Source of the DNA: Nitrospirota bacterium
GTDB taxonomy: Bacteria; Nitrospirota; Thermodesulfovibrionia; UBA6902
Direction: 5' to 3'
Assembly (NCBI GenBank): GCA_016213935.1
Contig: JACQZG010000009.1
Location: 647-64,646 of the forward strand
DNA: 64,000 bases
The notes beneath the pieces are model-generated. The model saw only the letters and a list, made by a program, of their open reading frames with translations. It was not told the DNA's origin and made no database searches. Below are positions 29,230-37,397 of the stretch, in pieces. The position numbers were made by a program, and so were the translations under genes. Position 1 is the stretch's first letter; each line of letters opens with the position of its first letter.

Positions 29230-30741
29230 ATGTATAACTTTAACAGCCTCAAGTTCAAAATTTCCTTCGTTACTTTTCTCCTTATCTCCATAATAATGTC
29301 GGCAACCACATACAGGGATATCAAGTTGACAGAGCAAAAACTCATCAAAACGCAGCAGGAGAAGACTGTCCTCCTGTCTGACAGGATAGCTCACGGGATA
29401 ATGGTACTGATGCTGAAGAACAGGTGGCAGGAACTTCAGGCCATGATGCAGAATCTTGTAAAGGACAGCAATGAACTTAAGGAGATACGAATATTCCTTC
29501 CCACTGACGGGACAATAGTTGTATCCTCTGAAGAAAAAGAAATCGGGACAAAGATATACGCTGAGGATTTAATAAATTACAATAAAGGGAATTATGAGGA
29601 AGCTTTTTTGATAAATAAAGATGATTCCATTTATGCTTCAAAACTGACGCTTTTAAAAAACGCTCCTGCGTGTTTCAGGTGCCACGGGACAGAAAAGGAT
29701 GTGCTCGGAGTTATGGATGTCGAGCTCTCGCTTTTGAATGTGCATAACGCAATCGATGATTTCACCAAAGAGCATATCACGGATGCGTTTATCGGTTTTA
29801 TCATGTTAATGGGCACATTCCTCTTCTTGGTCGCGATCATGATTGACAGGCCTGTTAACAGGATGGTCAACACCATCAGAAGATTGGAGAAGGGGGATTT
29901 CTCAGCCAGAATGAACATCAGGTCTAAAGACGAGTTCGGGCTTCTCGCGGCCAGCTTTGACAATATGGTCGAGGCGCTTGAATCCGCAAAAAAAGAGCTT
30001 GAGCTTACCCATGAGATCAAGATGGAGAGGGCGGCAAAACTCGCAACTATCGGGGAGGTTGTTGCGGGCATTGCTCATGAGATAAAGAATCCTCTTACCG
30101 GAATAAGCTGCGCGGTGCAGCTTCTGCAGGTGGACATGAGCGAAGATGACAAGAACAGGGATGTCACTGAAAAGATACTGAGCCAGGTAAAGAGGCTTGA
30201 CAGGACAGTGAAAGACCTCCTTAGTTACGCCAAACCGAAGGCGGCAAAGTTTTTGCCTGCCAATATAGGCGAAGTTATTGACAGGGCAGTATTCCTTGTA
30301 TATCCGGAGGCAAAAAAACTTAACGTGAAAATCAATGCAACCGTTGCGCAAGACCTTCCTGATATCGTTATGGATACTGACCAGATGCAGCAGGTTGCGC
30401 TTAATTTGATGATAAACGCTCTGCAGGCTATGCCGGAGGGGGGCATACTGAATGTCAGCGTCTATCAGAAAAAATACAATGAAGTTCGCGATGAGTTGAA
30501 GTCCCCATTAAACTGTGAGAATGTTCTTGTTATGTCTTTTGAAGACACCGGCAAAGGGATCTCACAGGAGGACATGGAATATATTTTTGAGCCCTTTTTT
30601 ACCAGGAAATCAAAAGGGTCGGGGCTCGGGTTGTCCATAACGCAGAAGATCGTCCGTGAGCATGGCGGGGTGATTACATGCAGAAGCGCTCTTGGCAAAG
30701 GTTCTTTTTTTACGATATACTTGCCGATAACAAAGAAATAG
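29230..30741 (+). CDS. Sensor histidine kinase with periplasmic c-type-heme (CXXCH) sensor domain, HAMP, HisKA and HATPase
   Basis: TM1, ~150 aa periplasmic domain containing PACFRCHG, TM2, a HAMP domain, the H-box AHEIKNPLTGIS and the G-boxes GSGLGLSI. The sensor resembles Tll0287-like heme-c PAS-type sensor domains. Confidence 0.8.
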   Translation: MYNFNSLKFKISFVTFLLISIIMSATTYRDIKLTEQKLIKTQQEKTVLLSDRIAHGIMVLMLKNRWQELQAMMQNLVKDSNELKEIRIFLPTDGTIVVSSEEKEIGTKIYAEDLINYNKGNYEEAFLINKDDSIYASKLTLLKNAPACFRCHGTEKDVLGVMDVELSLLNVHNAIDDFTKEHITDAFIGFIMLMGTFLFLVAIMIDRPVNRMVNTIRRLEKGDFSARMNIRSKDEFGLLAASFDNMVEALESAKKELELTHEIKMERAAKLATIGEVVAGIAHEIKNPLTGISCAVQLLQVDMSEDDKNRDVTEKILSQVKRLDRTVKDLLSYAKPKAAKFLPANIGEVIDRAVFLVYPEAKKLNVKINATVAQDLPDIVMDTDQMQQVALNLMINALQAMPEGGILNVSVYQKKYNEVRDELKSPLNCENVLVMSFEDTGKGISQEDMEYIFEPFFTRKSKGSGLGLSITQKIVREHGGVITCRSALGKGSFFTIYLPITKK

Positions 30742-30744
30742 GGG

Positions 30745-32145
30745 GTGGCTGGAGTGCAAAGCGTCAAGATACTTGTTGTTGATGACGAGGAACTCATCAG
30801 ATCCTCAATAAAACAGTACCTCGAAAAAGAGGGGCATGAAGTCCTGACCGAAGGAACGGGAGAGGACGGTCTTAAGACATACAGGGCCGAACTCCCGGAT
30901 ATGGTATTTCTCGACCTTCATATGCCCGGGATAAACGGGATGGAGGTTTTGGAGGCAATTAAAAAAATAAACAAAGATACCGTTGTCATAATAATCACGG
31001 CTCACGGCGCGGTTGAGACAGCGGTATCCGCCATAAAACTCGGAGCGTTTGATTTCATAGAAAAGCCTTTTGAGTTCAGCCGGTTGTCAATTTTAATAAA
31101 AAAGGCCCTTGAAACTGTTGACCTCAAGAAAGAGGTAAATTTTTTACGGGGCGAGCAGCATCAGAAGTACAGGTTTGAAAGCATTATCTGTGAGTCCGAA
31201 ATAATGAAGAATATTATTTCGCTTGCCAAAAAGATAGCGGAAAGCGACGCAAACACGGTTTTAATACAGGGAGAGAGCGGGACCGGCAAGACCCTCATAT
31301 CAAGGGCAATTCATTACCACAGCGCGAGGGCTTCTAAACCTTTTGTCGAGATAACATGCACCGCGTTGCCCGAGACGCTTGTCGAAAGCGAGCTTTTCGG
31401 GTATGAGAAGGGAGCATTCACTGACGCTAAATCGGCAAAGAAGGGGCTTTTTGAACTGGCTGACGGAGGGACAGTCTACCTTGATGAAATAGGCGATATG
31501 AAGCCTTCCACACAGGCCAAGTTCCTTAAAGTTATTGAAGAGAAGGTCTTTATGAGGATCGGCAGCCTGAAAGAGACATCTGTTGATGTCAGGATCATCG
31601 CAACGACAAACAGGAACCTGAGGGAAGAGGTTATGAAGGGCAATTTCAGGGAGGATTTATATTACAGGCTTAATGTAATACCCATGGAGTTTCCCGCCTT
31701 GAGGAACAGAAAGGAAGATATATTGCCTACGGCCATGTATTTTCTTGAAACGATGAGGAAAGAGTGCAGAAGAAATATTACCGGCATCTCCAAAGATGTT
31801 CAGGGCCTTTTTTTAAAATACAACTGGCCCGGCAATATCAGAGAGTTGAAGAATGTTATAGAGAGGGTTTTTATTCTCGGGATCGAAGGGCAGCTTCTAC
31901 CTGAGCATCTTCCCCTTGAAATTGCCGGGGTCGGCAGGGAGGCTCCGGTTTTGGGGTCAGTTCATGATCACGATGAATTCAGGTTCCCTATTTCGGATGA
32001 CGGCATATCCATTGAAGAAGTTGAAAAAGAATTCATTATTCAGGCCCTTCGCATGACCGCAGAGAATCAAACAAAAGCGGCTAAACTTCTCGGCCTTTCA
32101 AGGGATGCCCTCAGGTACAGGATGCAGAAGTTCAAACTTCTTTGA
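30745..32145 (+). CDS. Sigma-54-dependent response regulator (NtrC/AtoC family: REC, AAA+ sigma-54 activator, Fis HTH)
   Basis: REC (ILVVDDEELIR...D at FLDLHMPG), Walker A GESGTGKTL, the GAFTDA motif and a C-terminal HTH (AAKLLGLSRDALRYRMQKF). GTG start; it follows the kinase stop by 3 nt. Confidence 0.9.
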   Translation: MAGVQSVKILVVDDEELIRSSIKQYLEKEGHEVLTEGTGEDGLKTYRAELPDMVFLDLHMPGINGMEVLEAIKKINKDTVVIIITAHGAVETAVSAIKLGAFDFIEKPFEFSRLSILIKKALETVDLKKEVNFLRGEQHQKYRFESIICESEIMKNIISLAKKIAESDANTVLIQGESGTGKTLISRAIHYHSARASKPFVEITCTALPETLVESELFGYEKGAFTDAKSAKKGLFELADGGTVYLDEIGDMKPSTQAKFLKVIEEKVFMRIGSLKETSVDVRIIATTNRNLREEVMKGNFREDLYYRLNVIPMEFPALRNRKEDILPTAMYFLETMRKECRRNITGISKDVQGLFLKYNWPGNIRELKNVIERVFILGIEGQLLPEHLPLEIAGVGREAPVLGSVHDHDEFRFPISDDGISIEEVEKEFIIQALRMTAENQTKAAKLLGLSRDALRYRMQKFKLL

Positions 32146-32174
32146 CCGTCTGCGGAACATATTGAAGTTTCATG

Positions 32175-34043
32175 TCACTGGGTTTTTTTTATGTAATTGC
32201 CTATCGCGGCTGCGACAACGTCCTTTCTCAGGGCTGTAAGGTTATGGTCATTAGGGTACAAGGCGAGGCCTTCATCAAGTACTGATTTCGACTTCTCATA
32301 ATAGATAAGGGAATTTTTTGGGTCGATTTCTCCAAGCCTGTAGTAAATCAATCCTTCGAGATTATACGAAGGAAGCCCCGGCCTCCTTATCTTCTCTTTC
32401 GCATTCCATAGCAGGAAACTATTTATAAAATCCATGTTCTCGGCAGGGTTTAAAGCGGCGTTAAGAGCTTTTCTGAACATATAATCAGGTTCAGCCCAGT
32501 TTTTCAAATAGATATTTTTTGTTGCCGGGAGAATTTGAGTTTCATCGAGGGCCTCCCCATTCATAAAGGCTTCTTTGTACTGTCCGTATTTCCTGTAATC
32601 GATAAATGTTTTTACGGTATAGGATGAGAGCCCCAGATAGAGCACTGAGAAGAATATAAGTATTGCCGCAGTCGCCTTGTTTCCGGTGCGAATTTCTTTT
32701 ACTCTCGTTTCATCGGATGTAACCATAAACAGCAGTATTATAAACAGGAGAAAGTGAGAGGCGGATAATTCCAGAGGGTATTCGACCATCGTATGCATGA
32801 GCACAGGGATAAGCAGCATAGCATATGCAAAAGTATTACTTACGCGGCCTGCTTTATACAGCATCTTGAAGATCCCAAACAGCGCGAAACCTAAGGCAAG
32901 CATTCCTGCTATCCCGCATTCGGCCAAAATATTAAAAAACTCATTATGAGGATGGCTTATGAATTCATTGTAAACCATTCCCTTGTACAGGGGATTTTCG
33001 GAGGAGACTTTTGCTTTTTTGTGCATAAAAACACTGCTGAAATTAGAGTATCCGTAGCCGAATAAGGGTTTATCCTTGAACATTTCATATGAGGTTTCGA
33101 AGAGAATCAGGCGTTCGACATAGGAACGCTGTGTTATGTCGGAAAGCCATTTGACTTTTTCCTTGGCGGTGCTGTCAGCGCTTTCAACCAGCCCTTTTGG
33201 GCCTGTCTTTGTGCCTGACACATAAAATCCGCAAGCTGTGCCGATAAAAAATATCATGATCCATATTGCTATATATTTTTTTGTCCGCAGATATGCAGAA
33301 TGGTTGGAAATCAAGAGCGCCAAAATGGCCAGCGCCAATCCTATAAGCCCAATCCTTGAATTGGCAAGGAACAGCCCTCCCGCAAGCGGCATAGCAGAGA
33401 TTAAAAATAGTGCCTTCTTTGCCTTTCCGAACAGTTTAAACCTTTCGGTTGTAATAAGGTGAACGCTTATCGCTATACCTGTAGCCGCCCATGAAGCAAA
33501 GAGGTTCTTCTGCTGGAAAGCGCCGCCGACATCAGGTATATATTTGGTCACTTTTACCATGGCAAGAGCGAAACTGATGCCAAAAGAATGTATAGCGTAG
33601 GAATTGACCAGAGCTTTCAATATGACCATGGTTGATTCAATAACTGCTGACATGAGTATCACTATAAGAACAGTTACTTTTTCTCTCTCACTGAATCTGA
33701 ACTGGTGAAGGCTTAACCATATTATTACTGCGGCAATCACGCGCAGGGATTGAATTATAAATATTTCCCTATTTAGGATTGGATTAAATACGGCTGTAAT
33801 CAGGAGGAGAGATGTGTAGGCTGCGGCATATTTAAAATACGACGGCACGATTAGTGCTTTTCTGCTTGTAACGAATGCAGCTGCAATAAGGATCAATGTG
33901 AAGATGCCTATCCAGACTATATATTCCCGAGGATGCGCAAGGGTGCCCCCCATATTCGGGATGGCAATATGCATAATAACGAGCAGGATAACGGATAACA
34001 CCGTAATCGGTAAATATTCAAACGCCTTTTGTGATTTTGTCAA
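32175..34043 (-). CDS. O-antigen ligase (Wzy_C) family polytopic membrane protein with C-terminal TPR-like soluble domain
   Basis: ~10 TM helices and HPHNEFFNILAE (conserved His of the WaaL/PglL type). The C-terminal ~200 aa are helical and repeat-like. It is a paralog of the upstream gene. Confidence 0.55.
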   Translation of the reverse strand: MTKSQKAFEYLPITVLSVILLVIMHIAIPNMGGTLAHPREYIVWIGIFTLILIAAAFVTSRKALIVPSYFKYAAAYTSLLLITAVFNPILNREIFIIQSLRVIAAVIIWLSLHQFRFSEREKVTVLIVILMSAVIESTMVILKALVNSYAIHSFGISFALAMVKVTKYIPDVGGAFQQKNLFASWAATGIAISVHLITTERFKLFGKAKKALFLISAMPLAGGLFLANSRIGLIGLALAILALLISNHSAYLRTKKYIAIWIMIFFIGTACGFYVSGTKTGPKGLVESADSTAKEKVKWLSDITQRSYVERLILFETSYEMFKDKPLFGYGYSNFSSVFMHKKAKVSSENPLYKGMVYNEFISHPHNEFFNILAECGIAGMLALGFALFGIFKMLYKAGRVSNTFAYAMLLIPVLMHTMVEYPLELSASHFLLFIILLFMVTSDETRVKEIRTGNKATAAILIFFSVLYLGLSSYTVKTFIDYRKYGQYKEAFMNGEALDETQILPATKNIYLKNWAEPDYMFRKALNAALNPAENMDFINSFLLWNAKEKIRRPGLPSYNLEGLIYYRLGEIDPKNSLIYYEKSKSVLDEGLALYPNDHNLTALRKDVVAAAIGNYIKKTQ

Positions 34044-34044
34044 T

Positions 34045-35805
34045 TTATTTAATTTCCTTTGCGTCGGCAGATTTCATCTCTTGTTTTAACTTAACCATAC
34101 TGCTCCAGCCAGGGTAAAGATCCAGCCCTTCCTCAAGAAGTTTATATCCCTCTTCCCTTCTTCCTACGACAAACAAAGCAAATGACCCTCTTTCGTATAC
34201 ATGCGGATGCGGGAACACTTCTTTCTCCTTAATGAGAAAGTCAGCATAGTCTTCTATTAACTTCTTGTCGCCCCTCATAAAACCGATCCTGTAATTGGCA
34301 TCAAAATAAAATCTCTTTGCAAGCTGTTCAAGGTACATATTGCCGGTTGCTGGTTCAACAAGTTCAGGCCTGACAATTCCTATAATAAGCAAGTCCTGAT
34401 ATTTTTTCATGGCTCTCTGGGCAATGAGGGTTGTTATTGACAGATACGATATAATTACAAAGAGCGTGGCGGCCGCAGTAAACGCGCTTGCCCGTAAGAG
34501 TCCGGCTGGTCTAATCTTAATTTTCTTTACAAAAGATGACGACGGCAGGTAAAGCAGAAAGAGAAAGAGCGCCCAGTGGGGCATGGACTGATAAAGGGAA
34601 TAACTCACTTGTGTATCAAATGCTATCGGGAACAAAAAAGCCGCGTAAGTTCCGCCCTGTTTTCTTCCAAGTTTTATAAGGCATACCGTAAAGGCGGCTC
34701 CAATCAGCATCAGCCCGGCACTGCCCATTAGGCCGGACTCTACCGTCCTGTACAAAAACTCGTTATGCGGATGAGAGGTAAAGGCAGCTTCATAGGGATA
34801 TTCAGGGTGTTCTTTTGCAAGCCTGCTTCGGTAATGCATGAACCTGCTGCCGAAACTGCCGGGTCCGTGGCCGGTCAGCGGCCTGTCTTTTATCATGTTT
34901 ACAGCAGTAATGTACATCGGTACCCTCATGTCCGTAACCTCGTCTCCTGCTACACTCTCCATCGTCATCCCGATCTTTTGTCCTACGGAACTGAGCGCCG
35001 AGTCCCGTTTGTAGTAATACTTCTCAGCCGCCACACTGCCTGCTATTCCAAATACTATCATCAGCAACCATATGGCGAGATAGAGCGCCTTCTCTTTGTA
35101 ACTCCGATACCTTGCCCATAAGAGTATAAGTGTTCCGGCGCCGGCCTCTATAACTCCTGCCCGTGAGCCCGTCAGAAAAATGATAAAGCACATGAGCATA
35201 ACAAAAAGATAAAAAAGAGTTTTAAGCCATCTGCCGAATCCCTTAAAAATATCTCCGGTTAAGAGATAAAGCGATATCGCAATCGTGGTAGCAAGGTATG
35301 ATGCAAGTAGGTTCTGGTGCTGGAAATTGCCAAATATTTTGTTCGGGGCAGGCGCGACTATAAGAAATATGGCAGTATCAGGATTAAAATACTGAAACAG
35401 GCTTATCAGTGCCTCAGTCATGCCGGAGATAACTATCGCGTATAAAAGCCGTTCCTTCTCATCATTTGAAAACTCAAACTGATGGAGGGAAGCAAAAAAT
35501 ATTATCCCGCCGATAAGCCCGGCTGTCTCAAATATGAAGACATGACGGTCTATTATCGGATTAAAAATTGCTGACGAAAGCGATGATAAGAGGAATAGAA
35601 TTATATATAAGGAAATGCGCGGGACTGAGATGTCCCATTGATTGAATATATGTATCACTGAAAGAAGTACAAGTCCTGACAGCGTTATCCAGACAAGATA
35701 TGCCGCAGGCAGTACAAGGGGGGCGCCGAAGTTCCTGATGGTTATGTGAGAAACCGCCAGAAAGAGCAGCGCGAGAACCCATAAATGGATTTTCTTTGTC
35801 ATCAA
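34045..35805 (-). CDS. O-antigen ligase (Wzy_C) family polytopic membrane protein with C-terminal soluble domain
   Basis: LTGSRAGVIEAG and HPHNEFLYRTVESG motifs typical of O-antigen ligase/O-oligosaccharyltransferase proteins, plus ~10 TM helices. Confidence 0.6.
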   Translation of the reverse strand: MMTKKIHLWVLALLFLAVSHITIRNFGAPLVLPAAYLVWITLSGLVLLSVIHIFNQWDISVPRISLYIILFLLSSLSSAIFNPIIDRHVFIFETAGLIGGIIFFASLHQFEFSNDEKERLLYAIVISGMTEALISLFQYFNPDTAIFLIVAPAPNKIFGNFQHQNLLASYLATTIAISLYLLTGDIFKGFGRWLKTLFYLFVMLMCFIIFLTGSRAGVIEAGAGTLILLWARYRSYKEKALYLAIWLLMIVFGIAGSVAAEKYYYKRDSALSSVGQKIGMTMESVAGDEVTDMRVPMYITAVNMIKDRPLTGHGPGSFGSRFMHYRSRLAKEHPEYPYEAAFTSHPHNEFLYRTVESGLMGSAGLMLIGAAFTVCLIKLGRKQGGTYAAFLFPIAFDTQVSYSLYQSMPHWALFLFLLYLPSSSFVKKIKIRPAGLLRASAFTAAATLFVIISYLSITTLIAQRAMKKYQDLLIIGIVRPELVEPATGNMYLEQLAKRFYFDANYRIGFMRGDKKLIEDYADFLIKEKEVFPHPHVYERGSFALFVVGRREEGYKLLEEGLDLYPGWSSMVKLKQEMKSADAKEIK

Positions 35806-36140
35806 CTATTAACCCAGCTAAAAATACCAGAATCCGTAATCCATGTCAAAAAGGGGGTATAAATTTAATGTCATGGAAACCCCGGTGTTACAGATGACCT
35901 TGATTTTTTTTGACATCAAATATTAATATACATTATAAAATGCTGAACAATCTTGTTAATGAGAAAGTCTGCTTACTAATTAGGCACTATATTGCAGATT
36001 CTCCGAAGTTGCGTGAAATAACGCTCCCGATTGGTTGAGTCTAATATTTTTGGAACCAAAAATTAAGTATTAAACGCCGTGTTGTGTTACAACTTGTTGA
36101 TTTATAAGTTAAATATTTTTTAACTGCAACATTGAGAATC

Positions 36141-36156
36141 TGGTATGCTAATTGCT
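36141..36156 (+). promoter_or_regulatory. Candidate sigma-54 (-24/-12) promoter upstream of the first OmcS-like gene
   Basis: TGGTATGCTAATTGCT gives GG-N10-GC spacing with the TTGC -12 element, ~150 nt upstream of the ATG at 36304. The sigma-54 activator gene is 4 kb upstream. Confidence 0.5.
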
Positions 36157-36303
36157 TTATAAATAGCCGTGAGGATTAATCAAATGAAAGATAAACAAAA
36201 AATAAATACAGGAGGGTTGCCTATGGAACACAAAACCAAATCCATTTTAGATGGAGAATCAACACTATACTTTATTAAAAGTATAACACCAAAAGGAGGA
36301 ATT

Positions 36304-37299
36304 ATGAAAAAAGTACTGTTCACAATGTTCGTAGTACTTGCGGCCGCGTTCATGCTGTATGGAATCGCAGACGCAATCTCCGGCGTGTGCTCCGGATGCC
36401 ACACAATGCACAACAGTCAGGACGGCGCTGCAGTAAACGGTTCAGGCCCCGCAGACATCCTGCTCAAGAGCGACTGTATGGGCTGTCACACCACAGCGTC
36501 AGCAGTTGGACCGAGGGTTGATAATGCGACCTTGCTGTCAGCAGGCTCATTTGCAGATGCCTTTGTAACATCAGACACAAACACCCACAACGTTGAGGAC
36601 CTCGTAGGATTTAATGCCGGCGGCGCTGACGACATTCTTACCTCTAACGATCCACCGGGAGGAAGCGCGGCTGTTTTAACCAAGTTCTCTGGTGCTAACC
36701 AGTTGAAGTGCGCCGGTAGTAACGGCTGTCACGGTAGCCATGATAGTAAAGCTACAAGCTGGGCAGGCATACAGGGTTATCACCATGCAGGCGGGTCAAT
36801 CTATAAGTTCCTTGAGGTTGCTACTGACAACGAAGGCGCAGGCACCGCTGTTGCAGGCACAAAAGATTCAACCTACGAATCAGGCGGAGCAACCGCATCC
36901 AAACATAATATTTACGTGTCCGACGCGGCAACAGGCATCAGCGCATTCTGCAATAACTGCCATGATGTCTTCCACGGCGCGGCGACCACTGACCTGACCA
37001 CCAACGGCCTTTGGAACCGCCACCCGACCGATATATCAATTGCTACTTACCTTGGGGCTTCGGGTGTAACAGTTGATTATGTGAATAACCCGTTTGCATT
37101 CACAGCGGCATACGCAACCACATTAAGCACAACCTCGGCAACAGGTTATGACGCAACTAATGGTTATGTAATGTGTCTGTCTTGCCATCGCGCACACGCG
37201 TCTGAGTACGCAGACCTGCTCAGGTTTAACTATGCTTCACAGAGCGCAGGCGGCGGCGGTACAACAGGATGTCTCGGATGTCACGTGAATCAGAGGTAA
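36304..37299 (+). CDS. OmcS-like hexaheme c-type cytochrome (nanowire-type), paralog 1
   Basis: Strong RBS (AAAGGAGGAATT-ATG) and a signal peptide (MKKVLFTMFVVLAAAFMLYGIADA). The mature N-terminus [17 protein letters not shown] matches the OmcS CEGCHTMHNS start. C-terminal MCLSCHRAHASEYADLLRFNY matches OmcS NCLSCHRAHASGFDSMTRFN. Heme sites: CSGCH, CMGCH, C-x5-CH (CAGSNGCH), CNNCH, CLSCH, CLGCH. Confidence 0.75.
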   Translation: MKKVLFTMFVVLAAAFMLYGIADAISGVCSGCHTMHNSQDGAAVNGSGPADILLKSDCMGCHTTASAVGPRVDNATLLSAGSFADAFVTSDTNTHNVEDLVGFNAGGADDILTSNDPPGGSAAVLTKFSGANQLKCAGSNGCHGSHDSKATSWAGIQGYHHAGGSIYKFLEVATDNEGAGTAVAGTKDSTYESGGATASKHNIYVSDAATGISAFCNNCHDVFHGAATTDLTTNGLWNRHPTDISIATYLGASGVTVDYVNNPFAFTAAYATTLSTTSATGYDATNGYVMCLSCHRAHASEYADLLRFNYASQSAGGGGTTGCLGCHVNQR

Positions 37300-37308
37300 T
37301 TTAATCCG

Positions 37309-37373
37309 CAAGGGGAACCCGTTGGGGTTCCCCTTGCATCTGAGTGGTTAAGCAACTCTTAACCACTCAGATG
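37309..37373 (+). other. Two consecutive perfect stem-loops between OmcS-like paralogs (terminator/attenuator or RNA processing element)
   Basis: CAAGGGGAACC-cgt-GGTTCCCCTTG, immediately followed by CATCTGAGTGGTTAAG-caact-CTTAACCACTCAGATG (16 bp stem). No clear U-tract follows. Confidence 0.5.
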
Positions 37374-37397
37374 CAAGATACGAAAGCAAGGCATATT

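Noticed and set aside
36169-36303. Track start (36169) of OmcS-like gene 1 and track start (37344) of gene 2
   Set aside because: Each in-frame upstream extension lacks a signal peptide. The gene 1 extension runs over the candidate sigma-54 promoter transcript start, and the gene 2 extension begins inside a 16-bp hairpin. The internal ATGs are followed by classic signal peptides, and gene 1 has an AGGAGG RBS.
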